A stretch of DNA of 62,668 bases, counting the filler, from Dugesia japonica (lineage: Eukaryota): assembly GCA_001938525.1 (NCBI GenBank). It is 6 parts of 6 records of this genome, joined end to end, with 100 filler letters (N's around TTAATTAATTAA, not from the genome) between each part and the next. Parts side by side here need not be neighbours in the genome. Positions count along the whole stretch, not along the records: positions 1 to 12,047 come from MQRL01456547.1; 5 more parts are not named here. One strand, given 5' to 3'. Within the stretch, counting starts at the first letter, position 1. Every line of letters begins with the position of its first letter. Positions 1-12,147 of this stretch are shown in pieces. The position numbers were made by a program, and so were the translations under genes. The notes below the pieces were generated by a model that did no database searches, was not told the DNA's origin, and was given only the letters and a program-made list of their open reading frames with translations.

Positions 1-248
1 TTATACCCTATTTCGGAAGGGAACGTAATATTTTTAGTTAAAAATTCTTTACCATTCTTAATAAGAATGTAGTTTGAAAAATATTTTAAAAATCAATGTA
101 AATTGATTCCATAAATTCTATCAACTATTAATACTTAACAAAAATGAAAAATCAATACCTTAAAATTAATTTATCTAACCGATTATAAATGTGGCAAATA
201 AACGATAATAATTTAAATTTTTTGGCTTCCTTTCAATTTCTTCAAAAG

Positions 249-3200
249 AAAATCCATTTCAAATGTTTTCAAGATAAATATTTTGAGAAGTTAATTAACC
301 GAAATAATTATTCAAAAGTTTTACAAGTAAGTTATCAATTTCTTAAAAAATATTAATAATACTACTTAATAGCAAAACGATGATAATCAAATCGAATCAA
401 ATATTTCTGAATCATCATCAACCAGTTCATTAATGAGTTTAAACACAAACATATTTGATAAAACGAATCAAAGTAAAATAATTGATGGTTTAACAAAATT
501 ACAATTGGAATTTTCTCATCAATCAAAAGAATTAAAATTGAAGAAAAAGCAATTAATTGAAAATTGGAATAATAGTAAAAAGAATTTTCTTAAGTTTTCT
601 TTACAGGAAACAATTAGTGAAATTGAAATTTATCAAAACAATTTGTTTTCTTTAGAAATGGATTTTAAAAATTTACAAATTAATAAAGAAACTGTTGATT
701 TAGCAAAACCAAATCATTATTCAAAATCTGCTAAAGAAATCAAATCGAATATTAAAAAGAATAAAGTATTATTGAAAAATCTTTGTGATTTACAAGAAAT
801 TGAAATAGATTTGAATAAATTAAATGAACAATTATTTAGTAATTTTAATGAAAAATATTTCAGAAATAAAATTCAAATTATTGATAAAAATATATTTAAT
901 ATGAAGTTGTCCGACGATATATCATTAAATCATAAAAAACAGATAATAAATTTAAGATTCTGTTCAGATCAATTGTTAGAATTTATATCGAACTTGTTTG
1001 TTGTATATAATAACAAGGAGTATTGGCGAAAATTGATTAAGATATTGAATTTAGAAGCATTCTCATTAGAAAAGTTATCAATTAAAGATTTGAATAATTT
1101 GTTAACAAAATCGAACTCAAATATTGAAGAAATAATTTTACAAATGAAAAATTATATGAATGGAGAAAATTTTCATAAACAACTATTAGATCAAGTAAAT
1201 TTTTTTATTTTTAAATTAATATTGAAATTGATATAGAATGAATGCAATAAATAAAGTTTAGCAAGTTTTAAGTAAAAATAATTACCAACTTGCTAATATT
1301 ATCTTGCAATCTGATTGGTTGCCTACAATATAATTGATATAATAAGGTGTTGCGTTAATTTTAAACCTTTTAAACAACTTTTAATATTTATTTTATGATA
1401 GGTGCAGTAAAATCAATCAAAATATTTTCTGTGGTTAAATCTGACTTTCTCCCATAAATCTGGCAATATGGCTATTCTGTGGTGGTAAAGTGATTTTTCT
1501 TTAGAATCAATCCATTTGCACACTCAATGTTGAACATCTTCGTACGTATTGAGGTGCATATCTGCAAGAGAATGTGCGATTGGTCTGAATAAATGAAAAT
1601 CGGTTGTAGCTATGTCTGTAGAGTACGCTAGATGTGGAAGGATTTCCCATTCTAAGTCTAACAGTGTTTGCTTGAAGATTAAAGAAAGATGTGGTCTAGT
1701 ATCATCATGCAAAAGAATGACTCTGCGTCGATTGCTGGCTATTTCAGGCCAATTTTGATGAATTCATCATTAACTTTTTTCAGTTGCTGTCGATATCGTT
1801 CCCCCGTAACTTTTTCCTTTGGTTTCAATAGTTCATGATACAATATACCTTCCATATTCCACCAGATACAAAACATAACTTTCCGATCATAAATATTGCG
1901 CTTTGCAATCGACGCTGACGCCTGTCCTGAATCAAGTATGATTTCTTTCGTTTAGAATTTTAGAAAAAAATTCATTTTTCATCGCTTATAATAATTCGTT
2001 ACAAAAAAAATTTCCTTCTCTATCTCGCAAGTAAAGATGTGACTATGAATCAGACTTAGTTAGATTCAAAATCTCACAACTCTCCATAAATTTTTATTTA
2101 TTATTACAAGTTTTTTGATTAAAGTCAAAAAAAGATGAAGAATAATTCAAACAAATATCTGATAAATTTTAATAAAATATGTTTAAAAAATACCGATTTT
2201 AATTTTAAAATACTTTTATTTTACATATATCTTTAATAGTTTTTAAACATAATTTCATAAAATAATCTTTATACTTTTAAAATTTTGCCTAATATAATAT
2301 ATAGATATAGGATATTCAAAATCTATGAATCATTCTTATTAGATGAGTTTTGAGTACTCATTGGATTATCAACATCAAAATTCTACTCCATAAAATTTAT
2401 TTCAAATAAAAACTATATCAAACAAATTAAAATCCCGTGTTTTAATTGGTGATCATTTTTTAAATTATTTAAAATTCATTTTAAATTATTTAAAAAAATT
2501 TACTGTATTCTTCAAAATGTTGTTTTCTCTTGTGAATCTTTATTTAACGGAACTTGAAAGTATACATGACTCAAATCAATAGCACTAAAAACTTTTTATA
2601 AGTATTAAATACATATCATTACAATAAGGCTACAACACAGCTGCAACAAAACTTCAACATAAATTCACACAAAATCACGTGCCTGCGAATTTTTAAAACT
2701 ACTCAAACCACTAAAATAGTAATAAATGCAATAGGGTTGCAACAGAGATGCAACCCAGCTGCAACACACATTTATACAACACGGATGTAACACAGATGCA
2801 ACACATGAGCAACATGCATCATCCAAAATCTCATGTCTAGTAATTTCTAATCTTAAAAAATTATTGGAAAAATATACTTGAAACTCATTTTTGCAACACA
2901 AAAGCTACATGCATGCAACATACAATCATAGTTACCTATGGCAACTTATAAACCGATTTCGATGGCCAACTCAAATTTACCATAGAAACCTAAAAATCAT
3001 CACCCAACACCCATTTTGTCATGATTTTCATTTTCAAATATGCACTTTTACACACACACGAAATATCACCTACAAAATACCAAATCTTTACACCATCACA
3101 TGTCATACGTCTTCCTCTTTCATTTAAACCTAAATTTCTTCAAATCCAACAAAAAATCGCAACACTTGACATTTTAAACTGAAAACCGATAACACGTCAT

Positions 3201-6200
3201 TGTAACCAACAGGAGCATTTTTGTAAATAGTTATCTTTGACACTATACAGATTTACAAACCCTATTGAAATATAACACATCAAAGCATAAAAAAAATTAA
3301 AAAAAATTAAAGAAAAGATAATAAAAATAAAAGATAAAGAAAGGATAAGAAAAAAAATTTTTGAAAAAATAAAGAAAATTTTAAATTTAACGCCAAAAAA
3401 TTTTAATCACATTAAATTTCTTAAATCCGTGATAACTAATAACTTAGACAGTTGATGTAATTGAACTATATCATTTTGAAGCACACCAAAAAATATTTGT
3501 AAATTTACCACCAAAATAAATTTTAAAATTAAAACAAAACTTGAATTCCCCGTAACAGCTTGAAGCACAACTCCCACCCCTTGTGGGGAATGGATAACTA
3601 TAGTAAGCTAGTGCGCTCACATCTACCTACTTTGTCTGAAATGAATCGAAATAAAAGTAATTAATTAGAACATTTGAAAGGTATTAAAATTAAATTCAAT
3701 ATAAAGAAATTAAAAAACTTCTGTAATTAACGAAAAACGTTATAAACTTGAAATAACACTGAAATTTAACAACTATTAATTTTTAAATTTCGTTTTTGTT
3801 TAAAGGTTTCTTAAATAATTTTTTGTTTAAAACGTTCTTGGAGTAAACATTCGGATAACCGATTACAAATAAAAAGACTTCTAAGGACCCTGGGTTTGGA
3901 AGATATAAGAATTCAAATAAGCTAGATTAGTGAGACGTAACCAATGGCGAATTTAAGGGTCTTATATGGCCCACAATGCCTAACAGTCGTAATAGTAGTT
4001 ACTAACAAAAAAGAAATTGTTGTTATTCCTTGCATAAAATAATTATATGTCAATAATATATTATTGTTATCATCGGTGTAAAATCTATTCAATTTTATTT
4101 TTACATATTTTAGATACAATCCAAATGGAATGGAAAAAAATACGTATTTTCTACATTACCAAATGACAATTTTCCAGTTATTTGTAATTATAATCAAATT
4201 TTTGACGACTGTATTGAATCAATTCAAGTTCTCAATACATCTCTCTCATCTAATTATACAACAGTTATTATTTTAATTATTTTTTTCTATTAAGCTTGAA
4301 ATAATGAATTTTATAACTTTTAGAATATCATTAAAGACATTTCAAAAATGAAAACTTTATTGCAAACAATTAATACCATAAATTCTCATTTAAGCATTTG
4401 TCAGAAGTTTGTTTTGAAATATAAAAACATTCTCAGAAATGAAAATAAGGAAATTCAAAATTATTTTCAAAACGAAAATGAAAAATTTGAGAAAATATAT
4501 CAATTTGTAAAGAATTTATTAGACTTATTGAAATATCATTCGAAAGTTATCGAATCTACTCAACATACGAAATCCATGGAGTTCTCATTTGAAACATTCA
4601 TGAATGATTTTGATTTCATATCTTGTTCAGTTCATCGATTTATTAATGAACAAAGAACTAATTTTGGAAGGTAAAAGTATCAAATTTTATTTTCGTTTTG
4701 AATATTTTGATTAATAATAATCTATAATTGAATGCGAATCGGACATTAAATGAATTCAAGAAGAAATGCATGTTAGAAAACTGTTTAATTACCATAATAT
4801 TTATTAATGAAAATCTAGAAAAGGAGGAATAAATATATATGTAATACATAGAAAGTTCGGTTCGTTTTCTTTTGTTGGCTTAATTTTTTTGTTTATTTTC
4901 TAGGATAAATACATCAATGAAATATATATTGAAAGAATAATAAGAATTCCCATCTTTGAATTTAAAATGATTATTTTAACAAAAATGTTCATTGTTCATA
5001 AAAATAAAATTTAATTTTATGTAAATTTGGGGCAAAAATGATTTTTTGTTCGTAATAACGAGTGTTAATATTGGATGGTGTTCATAAAAGATAAGATAGA
5101 CTGAATATCGATAAAAAACTTACTCAAAATATTGCGCAATTACACAAAATATTTTAAAATTGAAAAGAAATTATTAGCAAAAATTCAATAAGCGGATTCT
5201 GTATAGCTATTAAACATTAATTTCAAGTTTATGTTTTTAATTAATTTATGTATATGATTTAGTTTAAATAACCTTTTCCATTAAGATTTTATTTCGTCAA
5301 CGATGATGAATTATTAGAAATTTTAAGTTGTTCAATATCACCAAACAATATACAAAAGTACATCAGTAGAATTTTCCCATCAGTTAAATCAATCGAATAT
5401 CGATTAATATCTAATGGGTTTGCAATTGATTCCATTCAGTGCTTTAATGAAGAAAGATTAATTTTATTAAATTCTTTGATAGTTATGAAAAACTCTGATG
5501 TTTCTTTATTATTTACGAACTTACAAAATTCAATTCATGACTCATTATCAAATAATTTAAATAATAATTTGAATCCTTTTATGCAAACCGGATTTAAAAT
5601 TTTCCAATCTGAAACTATATTGAATACAATTGATAAAATATTTTCTCAAAATTTGCTTCTAATTGAGCAGTTGCTATGGACGAAACTGGTTGAATCATCA
5701 ATTATTACGGGCACTTTAAATGATTTTCTATCGGATCTCAGTGGAACTCTTTCTAATTTATTAGAATTTTTGGCAATTTGTTCAAAGGATTTTCAATTAA
5801 AAAATAAAATACTTTTATTGATAAATGAAATCTTTCATCAAAAATCAATTGTTGAAAATCTTATCAATTGTAATGTATCATGTATCATAGATTCAATTTG
5901 GATTAACAATTTACGATTTTATATTAATAATGGTTTAATTTATGTAAAGATTGGACTTTCTACTTTGGAATATGGAACAGAAATTTACGGGTTATCAATG
6001 AATGATTTTTTAGTGAGAACCCCAGTTGTTAATAACTGTTTTTTATTCATTACTGATGCTTTGAGATTGAGTTTTGGTTCGCTTTTATTTGGCCCAGCAG
6101 GTACTGGTAAAACAGAAAATATTAAACAATTAGCAAAATATCTTGGAAAATTAATACTTCTCTTTAATTGTGGGGATACTTTTACGAAAGAAGTAAACTA

Positions 6201-7445
6201 AATATCTGTAAGTTTTATGTTAGAAACCGTTTTTCAGTCATTTAAAAGAATAATGAGTGGAGTTTCAAAAATAGGAGCTTGGGTATGTTTCGATGAATTC
6301 AATAGGTTATCTCCATCCGACATGAACGATGCACTAAATTTGATGGATAAAATTCAATCGAAGCTTCAGTTAGTTAATCAATGCGTATTGCCTAATTTTG
6401 TAGAACATTTAGTTGACGAAGACGTTAGTCTTTATAAAATATTTTTTTGCTAATAATTGAACAGTAAATTACAAATTTTGATTGAACCATTAATATGTTT
6501 TCGTTTGGAATTTCAAACACTAGAAGCAGGGCCGAATTTTAAGAAGAGTAGACCGGGCAACCGCCCGGGACGCCAAAATCTATCTGTNAAATGAAAAAAT
6601 CAAAACTCTGTTGAAACAATTGTTTTTTTCAATTTCACAGATCTCTAATATGAGGTATTTGTGTCCTCAAAAAACCAAATTTCTTTTTTCCATTTTTCGG
6701 TGGATATTAGCATTTTACGATATGAGTTGATGAAACATTCTTATCTTACTTTTTAATTTTCCATCTATCCATAAATTTTCATCCAAATTTTTAGTCATCA
6801 GGTGGTTTCATGCCTTTTGTGTCGAATTAGAGAATTTATCGATACAAGTACTCTAGGTGACGTATAGGTAGTTTTCAAATTTAGGAAAATTGGTAAAATT
6901 TTCGAACCAATATCGTTCAAAATGGCGGTGTTTTTAGATTTAAATCTATAATGACGTTTTAAAGACGTGCCTTACAAAACTTATAAATGCAGATCATTGC
7001 GCGGCTTCTCAGTGCACATCTAATGATACCTAATTTGATTTGATCCAATAAGAATTATGCACAATACAATGAAAAAACTGTACAATTTTTAAAATTGATT
7101 ACGTAATTCATTTTTAGAATGCTTTTTTAATGGGAAAGGAATTATTTTACTTTTAAATTCTCTATCAAATTATGCACCTTGAATAAACAAAAAAAACAAA
7201 TTTTCGAGGACTTTGAAAAGAAATCGAAAGAAAAATTGGCTGGAAAAAAGTTTTACCGACGGGAGGTGGTTGATTTCATGCTGACATGTCTCACTAAGAT
7301 AAATTACGAGTAATCAAACCTATAACATTATAAATAGGAAATTATGAACAAGGTGAGTGAAGAGAACGAAGTAGATCTACAATGTCCAGTAGCAATAAAA
7401 ATTAAAACAAGTTTTTACACATTTATTTCAGAGAAGATGCTGCCT

Positions 7446-7483
<38 letters not shown>

Positions 7484-10400
7484 TAGAGTTTTTAACAATA
7501 AGAGAAAATGTTTTTTTGTAAAATCGTGCATTTCTCAAAATTGGTGATTTTCATTGTCGTACTCTCCTCTCTTACAGATTATACAAGAAATGTTATTTGT
7601 TTACTAAATTTGCTTTTCATAGGTATCACTCCTATAAAAAGTTACACTTACGACGCTTAAACGACACCCCAATCTCTATCTACAAATCCACTTTAATAGA
7701 CACTGATAAATATACACTTGATTCTAGTATAACGCGGTTTCAGTATAATGCAAATTGCAAATTGCACTAAAACTTCGTGTATTTTTTGTTTAACGCAATT
7801 TTTTCTAATTTTATAGGTTTGTAGTCGCTAATTTTGTAATTTGGATATTTCCTATGCGTGCATTAACTGTGCTTTTATTTCATATTGTATGAGTAAACAA
7901 ATTCATACATTATAATATTATAATTACACAGAATATTAATTTTATCATGTTGTTTAGCTCTCGGTTCATTGTGAAACTTGTATTGTTCTAACAATGAATA
8001 AAAATTATAAAGGTCGAACAGATCTACCGGAAAAAATAAATGATTTATTCAGATCTTTCTCAATAACTTCACCTGATACAGATTTAATAACAAAAGCTTT
8101 GATAAATTTCCAAGTAAAATAATTTTCTTAATTATTCGTGAAAATATTTTCTAAAAGGGTTTTCAAAATATTGAAATTTTAACAATGAAAATTCTGCACT
8201 TCTTTAAATTTTGTGAAAATCAAATCATTACGAAAAGTCATTATGATTTCGGATTGAGAACTATAAAGCGTATAATCGAAGATGCTGGCAACATATTTAG
8301 AAAAAATGAAAATGAAGTAAATAACATTAAATAACATTTTATGTCGTGTTTTATTAATAATTATGTCTGAAAAATTATTCTTATTTGTAAAAGAATAAAA
8401 ATATTTAAAATTTCTTATTAAATTTTAGTAAATTGTAAATATTTATTATATTATTGATTTATTATTATATATCCATGTAAAAAAATGAGAAACCTTCATA
8501 TATCAGTCGTTTTATTCAAAACATTACTGACACTCATTCTAAGTTGGGTACACCCGATCTCGTTCGATCTCGGAAGTTAAGCCTACCTAGGCCTCGTTAG
8601 TAGTTATAACGAGAGCTGTGTCAACTGAGCCTGGCTAGTGTTTGATTAGTGATAACCTTACCCATTTCCAGTGCAAGAAGGAGTCCACCACTTCGTATTC
8701 GATGTGTATCAAGTTCAGGTGTTTTTGGTTAAGTCCTTTCAAATTCTCCTATAATTTTCTGCCTTAGAAGAGTTTCATCATTCGATCGTCAAAGGGGCAC
8801 TCAAAATCAGCTGATAGATTCCAATTTCTGCTAGTTGATATCATTATGAGATCCCATGTACGGTGCCCATTTAACGGGGTCTTTAGTCTGAAAGTTGCTT
8901 TTGTCGCGGTGTATCAATACTTGTAGTTCATTTATAACGTGAACAGCGTCGACTGACCTGGCTGGTGTTTAGTTGGAGATAACCTTACGCATTTCCAGAG
9001 CAAACAGGAGTCCACCACTTCGTGTTTGATTGTGTGCGTGTTCCTGTGTTTTCGGTTAGTTCCTTTCAAATTATCTTATAATTATCTGTCTTTAAAGAGT
9101 TTTCATCATTAGATCGTCAAAAGGATACTCAAAATAAGCTAGCAGATTCTAAATTCTTGCTAGTTGATATTCTGGTAATAATCGATCTACGGTGCCCAGC
9201 AATGGGGTCTAAAAAGGGCTTCGTTTATCGCGGCATATTAATACGTGTAGTTCCCTTTAGCTTCACATATTTGCATTACATTCTATATTTCCTCAGCACC
9301 TGGACAAATGATTAAATTTGGAATAGAATCTGTTTTAATAGTTATTGAAAATTTCGATTTATTTCTATTGCTCCATAAAACTGTATTATGTTGCTCAAGA
9401 AACACTATTGTTGTGAATNTTGGTCTGAGTTAATCTCCATTTTCTTTTATAATTATAACTTTACCTATATCTAACTTATTTAAAATCAAGATGGTCAGAT
9501 TTTAATAAATTTTACAAAACCTCTGAATTAATAAATTGAATTATTGTAAAGTAAAATTTGCCCATCTTCCCCATTAATTTTGCCATTGAAGTTAATGTCG
9601 TTTTCACAAACTTGTAATTTTTTTTATTATTTCTACTCATTTAGGCAAACTAAATGCAATATTTATAATATAATCCTTTGTCGTCGTTCTACTGTTTTGT
9701 TTATTAGGTTTCGAAAATGGAAATTCGTAATTTAGAGGAGGCTTCTAGAAATTTTTAATAATAGGATATTTTGTTTCAATATCAATGTTGATGATTTAGT
9801 AAAAAAATACTGATATCGAATAAATCTTCATAGACAGATGATGCATACGAAAATCCTAATGATTCATTTTGTTCTACATTTGAAGCACTTGCAATAGACA
9901 CTTTTGATTCTGTTACAATATTTATGGCTGTATTACTTTCACTATTTTCATGGCTTTCTTCAACGTTTTTTTCGTTTGAAATACCTATCTAATGATTGTT
10001 ATTTAAATATATAATACTATTATCACCCCGTCGCGCTTCTTTAAATCTGAGCTCTGGTCTAGTGTATTATAAAGTTAAAGTTAAAGAGAGTATTATTTGG
10101 TATTCGGGAACATTGTTTGCTTTTCCAAAGTTTTGTGAATTCGTTACATTCTAATATTAAGTTTACTGTAAAGGGAAAAGGAATGGTATTCTGTCCTTGT
10201 TTTTGATATTTTCATTGAATGGAAATCATCACATCATAAGACTGAAATCTACAAAAAGAAAAGTGATATTGGCTTGTATGTTATCCCAAATAGTTTTTGT
10301 GATCCTGCTTAACAAAAGAAAATGGTAATGGGTTTAGTGTTTCGTTCATGGTCATTGTTATCAACTTATTCAAAATCCATTAAAAGTATTGAGCATTTAT

Positions 10401-11375
10401 TAAAGTTACTGCAAGCAAATGGATATAGTAAAATATTTTTAAATTCATTGACTTCACAGACAATTGATAAAATATTGGTTGGTAATAATATTGATTTCAA
10501 TAAAAAGGTTGAAACTATTTTGAATAATTCTGAACCTGATAACATTTTGTTAAACTTTATTGGACCATTTATTTTATCAATTGCTTATTATGAAGGTGGT
10601 AAAAAGTATAAGTGCTCGATTCTAAAAGCTGTTAAGGATCTATTTTTATTGAAAATTGTTTCTACATCGCACAAAATTGTTAATAGCTTTGTTAATAAAT
10701 CCCATACACTGATTGGTCTGTGTCCTAAAATTACAATACATATTTTAAATTTATTAAATATTATTATTAGAAAATTTGAAAATTTTTTTTTAAATTTTCA
10801 AATTTGTATCGAAGATTTAATTTCCCATAATTTTCTCAATTCAATCATTTTCAAAAAATATATTCTTAAATATTTACATTTTGATGCTGAAATAATAAAT
10901 TGATAATATTCCTATGATAGAATACCAATATCAATGAAGAAGCGTGTGTTGTGTCTTCTATGAAAATTAATATTTTACCCAGACTTGAAATTAAAGATTT
11001 GATATTGACAAAGGAAGTAATCGAAGAAATCTTTCATTCGACTAAAGAATCTCTTGATTTCATAAAAGAGGATATTTTTCAAAACAATCTTTTCAAATCT
11101 TTTTCAAATCTTGGTAAATATTTTGTGGAAAAGTTACACCAATTACATAATCTAATGGAATTTCATCAATCGATTATAATCTATGGAGAAACTGGTAGTG
11201 GAAAAAGTTTAATTTGGAAAAATTTGCTGGATGCTTATAAAATCATTTATCCGGAATTCTCATTTAACAAATTTCATTTAAATCCGACAGTAATTGATAA
11301 TAAATCTTTATTTGGATACATCAATGAATCAACAAACAAGTGGATTGATGGACTTATACCAAGTTTGTTCCGCAA
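249..11375 (+). CDS. Divergent dynein heavy chain (cytoplasmic dynein-1-like), partial, multi-exon. Exons approx. 249(or ATG 189)-326, 373-1194, 4114-4263, 4324-4670, 5286-6192, 6238-6423, 7958-8113, 8158-8316, 10921-11375
   Basis: GT-AG joins keep one open frame. Motifs: RFYFVNDDELLEILS, AAA1 Walker A GPAGTGKTE, FNCGDTF, GAWVCFDEFNRL, TMNKNYKGRTDLPEK, HYDFGLR, AAA2 GETGSGKS, WIDGLIPSLFRK. Cut off by the contig end. Confidence 0.92.
1345..2040 (-). mobile_element. Decayed mariner (DD34D) transposase relic in dynein intron
   Basis: Minus-strand translation across frameshifts: IISDEK..KVMFCIWW..GILYHELLKP..ILLHDDTRPH..WEILPHLAYSTDIATTDFHLFR, matching the mariner HDNARPH and YSPDLAPSDY motifs. 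Confidence 0.9.
2050..3631. mobile_element. Probable Maverick/Polinton terminal-inverted-repeat relic in dynein intron
   Basis: Ends GTGCGCTCACATCTACCTACT at 3631, resembling the termini at 34014 and 59909. Internal GCAACAC-type tandem repeats at 2620-2960. Left boundary uncertain. Confidence 0.5.
6526..6600 (+). mobile_element. hAT-type MITE 5' end
   Basis: CAGGGCCGAATTTTAAG...GGGCAACCGCCCGGGACGCC is a typical hAT non-autonomous terminus. Confidence 0.45.
7449..7480. repeat. (AT)n microsatellite
   Basis: Seen directly. Confidence 0.95.
8527..9255 (+). mobile_element. 5S rRNA-derived element (SINE3-like or 5S pseudogene) followed by a ~325-bp tandem dimer
   Basis: TACACCCGATCTCGTTCGATCTCGGAAGTTAAGC..GGCCTCGTTAGTA matches the eukaryotic 5S 5' half and A box. 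Units 8600-8922 and 8923-9246 align along their length. Confidence 0.75.
10080..10720 (+). mobile_element. Penelope-like retroelement reverse transcriptase C-terminal fragment in dynein intron
   Basis: NIKFTV..NGILS(F)DI..TEIYKKKSDIGLY..GLVFRSWSLLS..LLQANGYSKIFLN matches the PLE consensus IKFT.E.E..LPFLD..VYRKPT..L..RA..ICS..L..NGYP. Confidence 0.8.
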
Positions 11376-11493
11376 GTACAATTCAATCTATTTTATTTCA
11401 AATTTACTGTTATTTTGTAATTGATACCATTTAAATTGAATCGAATTATAATTAAATAAAAAAAACTTTCCATAAAGTTTCTATTTAAAAATA

Positions 11494-11608
11494 CAGTCAA
11501 ACTTGTTTTTGTACATTCTTTCTTTATGCGATTTGTTTTGCGAGGTATATGAAAAAAATGGCACAAAAAAATCGCATAAAAAAGACCGAACAAAAGCAGG
11601 TTTGACTG
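11494..11608. mobile_element. pogo/Tigger-type MITE
   Basis: TIRs CAGTCAAACTTG / CAGGTTTGACTG flanked by TA. Confidence 0.75.
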
Positions 11609-12047
11609 TAACAAAATTAGATACATTTAAGTCAAAAATTTCAAGAAATAATACAATAATTCAAAATACCACAATAAGTTTATATAAAAATCGCCAAATT
11701 ACTCCAGAAATAAATTTTAGAATGAATTAATTAAAAGAAGATCAATGACATGGTATGTAGAATATTTATTTAATAATTATTTTTAGAATAAAATTGTCTT
11801 TTTTTCTTTTTCACTTCATTTTAATATTATTTCTGAGTTTAGAAATGAATAATTTATAAATTAAACTTTTTTGCTGCATATCTCTCCTATTTATTCTGGG
11901 GTATTTTAGAAATTTCAATATTGAATTTGGGTATTTCGTAATTTAATTATTAATTCTCCTGTCTCTGAATGGGGTTACAATGTAATCTGAAATCTTATTA
12001 TTTTATTAAAATTTCGTGAAATATAATTAGTATCTATGTGATATTTA

Positions 12048-12147
12048 NNNNNNNNNNNNNNNNNNNNNNNNNNNNNNNNNNNNNNNNNNNNTTAATTAAT
12101 TAANNNNNNNNNNNNNNNNNNNNNNNNNNNNNNNNNNNNNNNNNNNN
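12048..12147. other. Artificial contig linker
   Basis: 44 N + TTAATTAATTAA (stops in six frames) + 44 N. Confidence 0.97.

Noticed and set aside
186-330. Dynein starting at ATG 189, implying a tail-less motor
   Set aside because: A good acceptor at 248 and an in-frame donor at 25 suggest the gene continues upstream of the window.
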